From the NCBI RefSeq assembly GCF_006345805.1, contig NC_043017.1:20460001-20524000 (forward strand): a DNA stretch of 64,000 nucleotides, given 5' to 3'. Below the pieces are notes generated by a model that ran no database searches, was not told the DNA's origin, and saw only the letters and a list, made by a program, of their open reading frames with translations. The position numbers and the translations under genes were made by a program. This document shows positions 1 through 10,642 of this stretch, piece by piece. Each line of letters begins with the position of its first letter. Position 1 is the first letter of the stretch. The stretch is from Octopus sinensis (lineage: Eukaryota).

Positions 1-129
1 ATCTACTCACAAGGCTTTTGTTTGGCCCAGGGCAATAGTAGAAGCCACTTGCACAAAGTACCACACAGTGGGACTGAAGGTTGGGAAGCAAGCTTCAAGA
101 AAAAAGGTGCAGACTGGAAAATATTCAAT

Positions 130-176
<47 letters not shown>

Positions 177-189
177 TATGTAAAAAATG

Positions 190-360
190 CCCACTACACT
201 CTTGGAGTGATTGGCCTTAGGAAAGACATCCATCTGTAGAAACCTGGCCAGGTCAGATTGGAGCCTGGTGTAGCCACTGGCTCTCCAGACCTCAGTCAAA
301 CCGTCCAACCCATGTCAGGATGGAAAATGGATGTTAAACGATGATGATGATGTTGATGAT
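190..360 (+). mobile_element. RTE-type LINE 3' UTR fragment (family C) with (GAT)n tail
   Basis: Sequence ggaaagacatccatctgtagaaacc...catgtcaggatggaaaatggatgttaaacgatgatgatg. The same tail directly follows RTE C-terminal codons at 9636-9715. Confidence 0.75.
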
Positions 361-654
361 GCACTACATAATTCCTGAAATAAAAAGATGAGATGGTCAC
401 GTCTGGAACACTTTTGATCTTGATCATATAAATCTGCTCAATCAGGGTTCTGACCTGACCTGGGACTAAACAACAACGATGACAACACATGAAATTTGAT
501 TATTTTTCCAAACAAAAGGGTCCACCCGGCCCTTCCATCATTAATTCGGTTCCCCTGTGTTGTCATAGCAATGGAATGAGATCATGGGCCTTTAGAAATT
601 GTTGCTAACTGCAGTGAGAATTGTTGCTTTTGTTGCTATTACTGTTATTGCTGC

Positions 655-738
655 TGTTGTTGTTATTTAATCCCAGGTCAACCCTGATTGAGCAAAGTGA
701 ACCATCAAAGACATTCCATTCCTGATCATCACTACATT

Positions 739-773
<35 letters not shown>

Positions 774-925
774 TATATTTAATCAGTCATTCAGGCTTTT
801 ATACATATATGATTGTAGCTGCCTTATTCAATGTGTCCTTCCTTCCCTTGAGATGCTAGACCGTGATTTGAGGAAGCCCTGACTGCTATTTCTAGCAGAT
901 TAGGCGACCACATAGGGTGCTCCGA
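655..925 (+). repeat. Old dispersed repeat family E, representative copy
   Basis: Starts (GTT)n-tttaatcccaggtcaaccctgattgagc and ends gactgctatttctagcag. Diverged relatives lie near 385-480, 1610-1880, 16300-16570, 39560-39640, 44690-44900, 45690-46000, 46490-46700 and 57285-57505. Class not identified. Confidence 0.6.
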
Positions 926-1499
926 ACAGATAAATGTATTAAAAGGCTGAGCCTAGGATATATGTATCACATGTGACTTTGTGGAGAGAAGGACAGAGAG
1001 AGAGAGAGCAGGAGAGAGAGAGAGGAAGAGAGAGAGAGGGGGAGAGAGAGAGAGGGGGTGACAGAGACAGAAGCAGCCAAAGATAAAGAACAGGGTGGTG
1101 GTGGTGGATGGGAAGAGTGATGGAGTGGAGCCAGTTGTGTCACACACACACATACATACACACATTATTACTGTCACCATGACAACAGCTTAGAACACAG
1201 TTCCCACCACCACCACCACCACCACCACCACCACACCTCCGCCCCTGCTCTCTGCCTCCATCCTCTTTTACCATCTACCAGTGACAACAAACTGTCTGAG
1301 AGCCAACATCACTGCAGCCACTACCACCACCACCACCACCACCACCACCACTGCCGGTACTGCTACCATGCACAACCATCACCACATCCTCAAGCACCAT
1401 CAAGCATTAACCAGTACTATCATTATCACTGGATTATCCAAATCCACCATGACCACCACCACAACTACAAACACACCCTCTGTGACCACCATCAGCAAC

Positions 1500-1530
<31 letters not shown>

Positions 1531-1771
1531 CTGCAAGGCATGACCTAACCAGGATGACAGTCAACAGGGTGGTGGGAAAACGGGGTGGAGAGTGAGGGGG
1601 CACACATGTTTGTTGTTGTTGTTGCTTAGCCTCAGGTAATCCCCAGTAGAAGAGACCTATGGTCAAAACTATTCCCCTTCCACATGACCATCCCATCTTT
1701 TTCTCCTGTATGAAGAAATTAAAACCCACATCATCCATCTTTGGTTCTAAGTTGCAGAGAGAGAGGGAGAA

Positions 1772-1808
<37 letters not shown>

Positions 1809-2392
1809 AGAGAAAGCTAAAGGGTAGGGTGGAGGTAGAGATTTGACTGCTATTTCTAGCAGACCCCACAGAAGCTCCCAGCAGTGGTGTTGACAGTGTC
1901 TGTGACCATGACTACCATTACAGCTGGTTGTCCATCCTTTCATCACTTAAAACTATTTATTTTTTTTTAATGGCCTCATCTCCGCCACCTCCCCCCCCCC
2001 GCCACCATTGAATATGCTACTGACACTAACTTTACTTCTTCTTGAACTTAGTACCCCCTCCCTGCACCCCCACCTGACTCCTCAACACACAGGCCTCCTT
2101 CATACACTCCATCATCTCCCCCTTCACCCACACTGGATTTCATAACCACCCAAAGAGGAGTTCCCTTCCCATGCCACCAGTTAACATATATCTGTCTGTC
2201 TGTTCGTCACTCTTGCTTGTCTCATTTATCATGTAGATACAGCAAACCCTTTTTTCTTAGTTTTTTGTTTTTTTTTTTGCCCTATTAATTACACCAAATC
2301 GCTAATCTCACCAAACAGTTAAAATGGAAAGACATATATATACACATATACATGAACAAAATAGCAATAATAATAATAATGATAATTAATTC

Positions 2393-2700
2393 TTTTTATT
2401 GGCCACAAGGGCTGACACACATGATTAGAAAACATAAAGGGACAAAACAGGATGAAAGGTTACAAAGGGTTTTGTCCGTTTGTAAAAATCCGTGTAAAAA
2501 ACTGTAACAACGAAAATATTTAACAATGAAAAACTCCCAATAGGGGGAGGTGCTTTGAAAGGTTCCTGGAGGAAAAACCCATAAAAGCCAATGGGGAGCC
2601 TGGTCAAAAAGGGGGGGTAGAGAGCCCCTTTCTCCTTTTATAAAACCTTTTTCAATCACAGGCGAAACCTGAGAATTAGTCCATTTACACTGGCCATTGC
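2393..2700 (-). mobile_element. 5'-truncated LINE-like 3' end (family G)
   Basis: Second copy at 5032-5362 (+). It ends gcccttgtggccaataaaagaattaattatcattatt. The terminal codons read RAMASVNGLILRFRL*, reminiscent of R4/Dong-type ORF ends (inference). Confidence 0.55.
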
Positions 2701-2761
2701 TCGTTTACTTGTTTCAGTCATTTGACTGTGGCCATGCTGGAGCACCGCCTTGCACAATAAT

Positions 2762-3163
2762 AATAATAAAAGTTTCAAATTTTGCCACAAGGGCAGCAAT
2801 TTTTGGGGAGGGGATGAGTTGATTACATCGACCCCAGTGTTCAACTGGTACTTATTTTACTGACCCTGAAAGGACAAAAGGCACAGTCAACCTCGGTGGA
2901 ATTTGAACTCAGAACGTAGTGGCAGACGAAATACCTATTTCTTTACTACCCACAAGGGGCTAAACATAGAGGGGACAAACAAGTACAGACAAATGGATTA
3001 AGTCGATTATATCGACCCCAGTGTGTCACTGGTACTTTATTTAGCAACCCCGAAAGGATGAAAGGTAAAGTTGACATCAGCGGAATTTGAACTCAGAACG
3101 TAGTGGCGGATGAAATACCACAAAGCATTTTGCCCAGTGTTCTAACATTTCTGCCAGCTCACC
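2762..3163 (-). mobile_element. Two adjacent tRNA-derived SINE-A copies (A1 fragment plus A2 copy)
   Basis: Reverse complement contains the B-box-like ttctgagttcaaattcc and the central gcctttcatcctttcggggtcgataaattaagtaccag domain twice. Confidence 0.85.
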
Positions 3164-3429
3164 TATATATATATATCAAAGAAGAATACTAAAAATGAAT
3201 CCAACTGCTCTCAAAAATTAATTAAAAAATAGGAAAAATAATCCAGAATCCTTGTCTGGTATTGGATCAACCCCAAAATTTAATCAGTTTGTGCCAGTCA
3301 TGAGGCCCAACATTCCTGAAAGTTTCATCCAAATCCATCCAGCAGTTCTTGAGATATCTTGCACACGGACAAACAAACACAACTGAAAAGAATAATTCTG
3401 CCTTCGCTAAGGTGGAGGTAATAATAATA

Positions 3430-3600
3430 ATGATGATGATGATGATGATTTCAAATTCTGGCACAAGGCCAGCAAGTTCATGGGAGGGGACGAGTCAATT
3501 ACATTGATCCTCAGTGTGTAACTGGTACTTATTTTATCGTTCTCAAAATTTACCTTGGTGGGATTTGAACTCAGAACATGAAGGGCCAGAACAAATACTT
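3430..3600 (-). mobile_element. SINE-A (A1 tail), partial
   Basis: Reverse complement carries ttctgagttcaaatccc and cttgtgccagaatttgaaatc, abutting a (TAA)/(GAT) tract. Confidence 0.75.
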
Positions 3601-4599
3601 CTCTCAGCTTGGAGCTGCATAGTTGGTGGAGCCCCACTGAACCATGAGGCCACTCTCACCCACCTTTTCTGAACATTTACTGAAGGGCAGCGTCTTCCCT
3701 TCTCCACCCTCACCTTCCACTTTGAAAAAAAAATAATAATAAAGATGAGGGGAAGGGTGGGGGGAGACAATGACGATTATGATGTCTTTAATTTGCCACA
3801 AGAGCAACACAAATATAAAACAGTAGGTTAGAATAACAGACAAATTGAAATAACAGACCACAAAACAAAAACAATGTAAATGTGTGTGTGCGTGTGTGTA
3901 TGTGCGTGTACAAATATGCATGTATGTGTGTGTACATACATGTAAATATATATATGTGTGTATGCATGTATGTATCTTTATATATATACATATATATATA
4001 TATACACACACACACACCCATATATAGTGAATTGTGCATGCAATTAAGTGAAGCCCAAGTACTCAATATAGTGAAGTAGAGCAAAATAATATTTATTCAG
4101 CTTTGAATATATATATATATATATCTTTATATATGGTTATATTTTCATATCTCTCTCTATATATATATATCTATCTATCTATTCATATATATATATGCAA
4201 ATATATTACCAGTCTGAATATGCTTGATGCACGTTTGAACCAGGGAAGAAACTACTCTCTGCATTTTGTCCTCTTGAATACATCTGGATTGCTGACAAAT
4301 GGTTTGTATACACCATGATCAGCTTGTGTGTGTATATACATACATGAATGTATATACGTGCATGTACACCTATCTGTCTGAATGTGCATATACAATACCA
4401 ACACAAAGGGACAGGCAGACTGCATGTGTGTGTGTGTATGTGTGTGTGCACAAAGGCATTTATACTGAGCTGTATGAGACTTGCCCTTCCCATGGACAAA
4501 CATCAAAAGATTAGACTTGCATTTATGGGCAAATGCAGGGCTTCTTGCCTTTAAGAGAAACTTTTCAAGACCAGATCCATCAGGATTGCTTTCACATCC

Positions 4600-4780
4600 A
4601 CTTTTGCAGGCTTGCATGGGTTAGGCATCTGGGTTGATGTTCTCAGTTCAAATTCTGCTGGATGTCACCTCTGCCTTTCATCCTTTTGGGATTGATAAAT
4701 TAAGACCAGTAGAGCACTGGGGCTGATGTAATTGACTCACTCCCTCCCACAAAATTGCTGGCCTTGTGCCAAAGTTGTTG

Positions 4781-4829
<49 letters not shown>

Positions 4830-5030
4830 GGCAGCGAGCTGGCACAATCATTAGCATGCCAGGCAAAATGCTTAGTATTTCATCTGCTGCTACATTCTGA
4901 TTTCAAATTCCAGTGAGGTCGATTTTGCCTTTTATCCTTTCAGCGTCGATAAATTAAGTACCAGTGAAACACTGGGGTCCATGCAATCGACCAGTCTCCT
5001 CCCCACAAATTTCAGGCCTTGTACCTATAG
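4600..5030 (+). mobile_element. Two tandem SINE-A (A1) copies separated by (TTA)n
   Basis: The second copy starts aaggcagcgagctggcacaatcattagc immediately after the (TTA)n run at about 4790-4828. Central domain is present in both. Confidence 0.85.
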
Positions 5031-5031
5031 G

Positions 5032-5362
5032 GTGGGTGAATGTCGCAAGAATGGCCAATATGAACGAACCAATTCTGAGGATACACCCGTGAGAATTAAA
5101 AGGAAATATAAAAGGAGAAAGGGGCTCTCTACCCCCCTTTTGACCAGGCTCCCATGGCTTTTATGGGTTTTTCCACCAGGAACCTTTCGAAACACCTCCC
5201 CCTATTGGGAGTTTTAATTGTTACTTATATTTCGTTGTCATCCTGCTTTTTGTACACAGACCTTTTTCAAATGGACAAAACCCTTTGTAACTTTTGTCCT
5301 GTGTTTTGTCCCCTTATGTTTTAATTGATTTTTGTTAGCCCTTGTGGCCAATAAAAGAATTA
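5032..5362 (+). mobile_element. LINE-like 3' end (family G), second copy
   Basis: Aligns by eye to the reverse complement of 2393-2700 (aaaaggagaaaggggctctctacccccc...gcccttgtggccaataaaagaat). Confidence 0.6.
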
Positions 5363-5382
5363 ATTATCATTATTAAGATAAT

Positions 5383-5610
5383 TAAGGTGGTGAGTTGGCA
5401 ACATTGTTTGCATGGTAGGCGAATGCTTAGTGGCAGTTCGTCTGTCTTGATATTCTGAGTTCAAATTCCACTGAGGTCGACTTTGCTTTTCATCCTTTTG
5501 GGGGTCGATGAAATAAGTACCAATGAAACACTGGGGGTCGATGTAATCAACTAGTCCCTTCCCCAAAAATTTCAGGCCTTGTGTCTAGAGTAGAAAAGAT
5601 TATTATTATT
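5383..5610 (+). mobile_element. SINE-A (A1 tail)
   Basis: aaggtggtgagttggcaacattgtt head, ttctgagttcaaattcc, central domain, and tail aatttcaggccttgtgtctagagtagaaaagattattatt. Confidence 0.85.
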
Positions 5611-5613
5611 ATT

Positions 5614-6018
5614 ATTGAGTGAGAGAGCAGTTCATGCCATCAAAGTGACACTGGGGTAAAATATACGAAGCCCAGTATACCCATCATGACTACCTGTCTG
5701 ATAAGGGTACACTAGGCACATGCATCACAACCATATGTGCGCGACATGGTGATCTCATATCAAGATAAACAGCACATGACCTTGCAAGTGGGGCCCAGTT
5801 AGAATTGTCTTCAGGTCGAGTAACCCATCCCACTCGAAAGGTCCCTGAATAAGGGTTGTTTAAGGATGTTTGAACGAAACACCCATGTTTCCAGAGGTGA
5901 ATTATTCAAACCCCAAAGAATCCCTCTCAACACATGGCTATGATGCTCCCCCACTACTTCTGCTCGTGATCAGAGATGCACATATCGTCAGCCACTAAGG
6001 GACATGCTCAACTGGCTA
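5614..6018. mobile_element. Non-coding dispersed element (family F), truncated, flanked by (TTA)n on both sides
   Basis: Colinear with 30482-31037 (gagagagcag...gccatcaaagtgacactggggtaaaatatacgaagccc...gggacatgctcaactgg). Confidence 0.75.
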
Positions 6019-6787
6019 TATTATTATTATTATTATTATTATTACAGTTTTATTTTACTGTCAATTTCTTTTACCCCTGTCAATTTTGTTTTCTCCACCA
6101 CCACCACCAACACCAACAACAACAACAACAACAACACCGAAAACAACAACAACAACAAGAACACCAACACCACCACCATCCTCACCAATCGTAAAACGAA
6201 ACACCGGATTTCGATGCAAATCCTGCAAAGATTGATTTTTTGTTTTGAAGCAATAATTCCGATGATTGATTCCGACTTGCACTTGGGTAATGTTTCACTA
6301 GGGGTGGGGTGGCCAAGTGAAGGGGGAGGACTGTATTTTTAGTGAGTTAAGATACCTTTAATCTCAGGTGTTAGATTTATTGCTTCACCTCCGGGCAAAT
6401 TGAATGGGTTACGAGAAAAATAAACGCATACATAAACAAGAAAAAGAAATATACAAACAAACAAATGAACAAATGCGCGAATAAATGTGAAATAAAAAGA
6501 AATTTGCGGTTTGTTTTTTGCGTTATATTAGTGTTTGTATGTGTTTGTTTTCTATGTTTTTTCCTTTCTTTCTTTCTGAATGAATGAATAAGTTAAAGGA
6601 ATGAATGAGAAGAACGAATGAGGGAAAATAGAAACGAAGATACATACATATATGTATGTGTATGTGTGTGTGTGTGTGTGCGTGTGTATATGCAAAGCAA
6701 AAACAAAGTATTTATTATTATCATCATTCTACACACGGACATACTTCATGCATAAATCATATTTAACACTCATATAATGTATGCGTG

Positions 6788-6823
<36 letters not shown>

Positions 6824-6904
6824 ATATATATATATATACATATATATATACATATATGTACACACATATATGTATATATGTATGTGTATGTATCTATATA
6901 TTTG

Positions 6905-7206
6905 TGTATATATATATATATATACATATTTATATAAACATCTTTTTACATATATATGAAGAGACATATACACACACATATATTGACATACGCACACTAA
7001 ATATAGATATATAACGACATTCACACACACACATATACATACACATATACACACACATACAAATATATATATAGATATACACGTATCCCCTGCCACACTT
7101 TTCAATTTCATATTGATTACAACCATTTGCTAAGACCAAACCAGTAAAAAAAAAAAACAGTACTAGTGATTATACTATCAGAAGTCTGATAACAATATAC
7201 ACCACC

Positions 7207-7237
<31 letters not shown>

Positions 7238-8303
7238 TTGAAAAAATACAACAAAAACAGCATCAATAGTAAACCAATAGTAAATAAGGAGGCAGGGGAA
7301 TAGGAATGATGGCGGTGGTGGTATTGGTGGTGGAGATGGTAGTATTGGTGGTGGAGGTGGTGGTATTGGTGGTAGTGGTGGTGGTGGTGGTGGTGGTATT
7401 GGTGGTGGAGATGGTAGTATTGGTGGTGGAGGTGGTGGTATTGGTGGTAGTGGTGGTGGTGGTATTGGTGGTGGAGATGGTAGTATGTGGTGGGGTGGAG
7501 GGGTGGTGGTTGGAGGTGGTTGGTTGGTGGTAGGGTAGGTGGTGGTGGAGGAGATGGTAGTATTGGTGGTGGAGGGGTGGTGGTGGTTGGTGGTAGTGGT
7601 GGTGGTGGTGGATGGTGGGATGGTGGTGGAGATGGTGGTAGTATTGGTGGTGAGGATGGGGTGGTGGGGTATGGTGGTTAGTGGTGTGAGTGGTAGTTAT
7701 GGTGGTGGAGGGGGGTGTGGTATTGGTGGTGGTAGTGGTGGTGGTGGATGAGGAGTAATGTTGATGACTTGAGGATAGGTGATAACACATTTATAAAGCT
7801 TTTACCTATAATATATATAAGGTAAAACCTAGAGAAGAGCATAGATATATATATTTGTGTATATATTATATATATGGAAAATGGATTGTTAACGATGATG
7901 ATGTATATACACACACACACACACAACATTTATATATAAAATTTTATATTTTACATACATTTATTCCAGCCCTGTACAAACGCAGTCATACATATACATC
8001 ATGGTTATATTATATATATATATATATATATACATGTTTATATAACATCTTTATACATATATATGAAGACATATACACACACATATATTGACATACGCGC
8101 ACATAAATATAGATATATCGACATTCACACACACACATATACATACACATATACACACACATACAAATATATATATATACACGTATCCCCTGCCACACTT
8201 TTCAATTTCATATTGATTACAACCATTTGCTAAGACCAAACTCAGTAAAGAAAAAAACAGTACTAGTGATTATACTATCAGAAGTCTGATAACAATATAC
8301 ACC

Positions 8304-8334
<31 letters not shown>

Positions 8335-9080
8335 TTGAAAAAATACAACAAAAACAGCATCAATAGTAAACCAATAGTAAATAAGGAGGCAGGGGAATAG
8401 GAATGATGGCGGTGGTGGTATGGTGGTGGAGATGGTAGTATTGGTGGTGGAGGGGTGGTGGTATGGTGGTAGTGGTGGTGGTGGTGGTGGTGGTATTGGT
8501 GGTGGAGATGGTAGTATGGTGGTGGAGGTGGTGGTATGGTGGTAGTGGTGGTGGTGGTGGTATTGGTGGTGGAGATGGTAGTATTGGTGGTGGAGGGGGT
8601 GGGGTATTGGTGGTAGTGGTGGTGGAGATGGTAGTATTGGTGGTGGAGGTGGTGGTATTGGTGGTAGTGGTGGTGGTGGTATTGGTGGTGGAGATGGTAG
8701 TATTGGTGGTGGAGGTGGTGGTATTGGTGGTAGTGGTGGTGGAGATGGTAGTATTGGTGGTGGAGGTGGTGGTATTGGTGGTAGTGGTGGTGGTGGATGA
8801 GGAGTAATGTTGATGACTTGAGGATAGGTGATAACACATTTATAAAGCTTTTACCTATAATATATATAAGGTAAAACCTAAGAGAAGAGCATATATATAT
8901 ATATTTGTGTATATATATATATATATGGAAAATGGATGTTAAACAATGATGATGTATATACACACACACACACACATACATATATATATAAAATTTATAT
9001 ATTATATACATACATTTATTCCAGCCCTGTACAAACGCATTCATACATATACATCATTGGTTATATATATATATATATAT
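6905..9080. repeat. Tandem duplication of a roughly 1.05-1.1 kb unit (about 6905-8015 and 8015-9080) containing a (GGT/GTA)n mosaic
   Basis: Unique anchors are repeated: acgtatcccctgccacactt at 7081 and 8181, gatgaggagtaatgttgatgac at about 7748 and 8796, ttccagccctgtacaaacgca at about 7963 and 9019. Confidence 0.9.
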
Positions 9081-9225
9081 ACCGGAGTAAACACATAAAT
9101 GTGAAATAAGGTGGAAAAAAGAGTACTCAAATACCAGTGGTAGAGTTATATGCTTTATTCAAAAGCAGCAGAATATTCAACAAAACCGTTTTGTTGAATT
9201 TTCTGCTGCTTTTGAATAAAGTATA
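9074..9225. repeat. Fold-back remnant with a 33-bp hairpin stem
   Basis: 9153-9185 pairs with 9189-9221 (ctttattcaaaagcagcagaa[t/a]attcaacaaaa) with 1 mismatch and a 3-nt loop. Confidence 0.8.
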
Positions 9226-9267
9226 CATATATAAAACCAATGATGTGTATATATATATATATATATA

Positions 9268-9425
9268 ACGGGAAGGTTTACGAAAATAAACAAAAGACGA
9301 AGGCAGGTGGAGTACAAACAAATGTATTAGTATGGCGCTCAGGAATAGAAATAGAACAAGTCTTTTACGTTTCGAGCCTATGCTCTTCGACAGAAAGATA
9401 CACAGAAAAATCAAGGAGAGAAACA
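9268..9425 (-). mobile_element. Short Penelope-like terminal element (family H) carrying a variant hammerhead motif
   Basis: Minus strand of 9361-9398 reads tcttt-CTGTCGA-A-gagc(atag)gctc-GAAA-CG-TA-aaaga. Flanked by (TA)n. Other copies at 38381, 39835 and partial at 28340. Confidence 0.7.
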
Positions 9426-9496
9426 TATATATAAGATATATATTATATATATATCATCAGCATCATCATCATTCAGTGTCCGTTTTCCATGCTGGC

Positions 9497-9715
9497 ATGA
9501 GTTAGATAGTTTCCACCAGGACTGCTAAGCCAGACAGCTTGGTTTCTACAGATTGATGCCCTTCCTGATCCCAACCATTCCAAGAATGTATTAGGTCCCT
9601 TTTACATCTCACCAGCACTGGTCATGACTATGGTTTCACTTGGCTTGACACGTCTTCTCAAGCAGAGCAAATTGCCAAAGGCCACAATCACTTGTCATTG
9701 CCTCAGGGTCTGTAT
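9497..9715 (-). mobile_element. RTE LINE remnant: ORF2 C-terminus plus 3' UTR with (GAT)n tail
   Basis: Translates EAMTSDCGLWQFALLEKTCQAK* (9636-9715), matching the RTE-type ending also seen at 37256-37469, then the family C tail. Confidence 0.8.
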
Positions 9716-9724
9716 ATTTGTATA

Positions 9725-9900
9725 TTAATGAATGTCTATGTCTATATACTTGTAAAGTGGTTGGTGTTAGGAAGGGCACCCAGCTGTAAAAAACCATGCC
9801 AAAGCTGACATTGGAGCACAATGCATCCCTGCACTTAACAGGTTCACTGTCAAACCGTCCAACCCATGCCAGCATGGAAAGTGGACGTAAAATTATGTAA
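9725..9900 (+). mobile_element. RTE 3' UTR fragment (family C)
   Basis: ggttggtgttaggaagggcacccagctgtaaaaaacc...gcatggaaagtggacgtaaa. Confidence 0.75.
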
Positions 9901-10610
9901 AAGAACAACTAAAGTTGAAATTTATTACCCATATAACTCCTTAATGTACTAAATATAACACAACAAATGGGGTTTTTAGAACAGCGTGGGCTACTATCTT
10001 AGATCATATTTTGATACGGTCAAATACTATGCTTGGTGCCTGCTATCTGCTTGTAGACAAACAGGTTTTTGCCAGTACCAGCCTTTATGAGCAAGGCTGC
10101 TAAGTTTAAGGACATCTTTAGAATAGAAATGCTTTTAACTATTCTTTAACTTACAACCTCATTCTGCTATCCATCCTGGCAGATTGTAGTCCCACCCACT
10201 TTACATTTCTTAAATGTCGATAATAATTCTGCTTACAAATTTCACAAGTTCATAATTTGTCAATTAGTCAACAAGTGGTTATTCATTTGCTTATAAGGTA
10301 AACCTGATGAGTTGAGAGCTGTGTAACCTATTACATAATTGTATTAATGTTGTACATACTACACATATGACTGTAGCATGTTTATGTCATAACAAACACT
10401 CTTAATGAAACAATTGTAGCAGCACCAGATAACCTATTTCTCTGTTTTTATTATGATTTTTATGACACTTTTTAGGTTCCATTTGCCGTTGGATACTCTT
10501 GGATACTACTTGAGTTGTGGATAACCAAACAAAAGTGAACTCGCCTTCATTGATGCTTTCCCTGCTATATCACTCATTAAATATATTCTATATATTTTAT
10601 GTATTATATG

Positions 10611-10642
<32 letters not shown>

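Noticed and set aside
5052-5095. CTGAGGA...GAA as a hammerhead in family G
   Set aside because: There is no proper stem II, GAAA or helix III, and the second copy (about 2660) has CTCAGG instead.
7263-8839. Pro/Thr/His-rich extensin- or mucin-like ORFs
   Set aside because: These are triplet mosaics open in several frames on both strands. The two duplicate copies differ by frame-changing indels.
10305-10335. CTGATGA motif here, and similar ones at 31073, 36019 and 42225 (minus)
   Set aside because: None has a downstream stem II plus GAAAC arrangement.
10476-10534. Exon VPFAVGYSWILLELWITKQ after ttttag
   Set aside because: The donor (gtgaac) is weak, the peptide is unrecognised, and the other frames contain stops.
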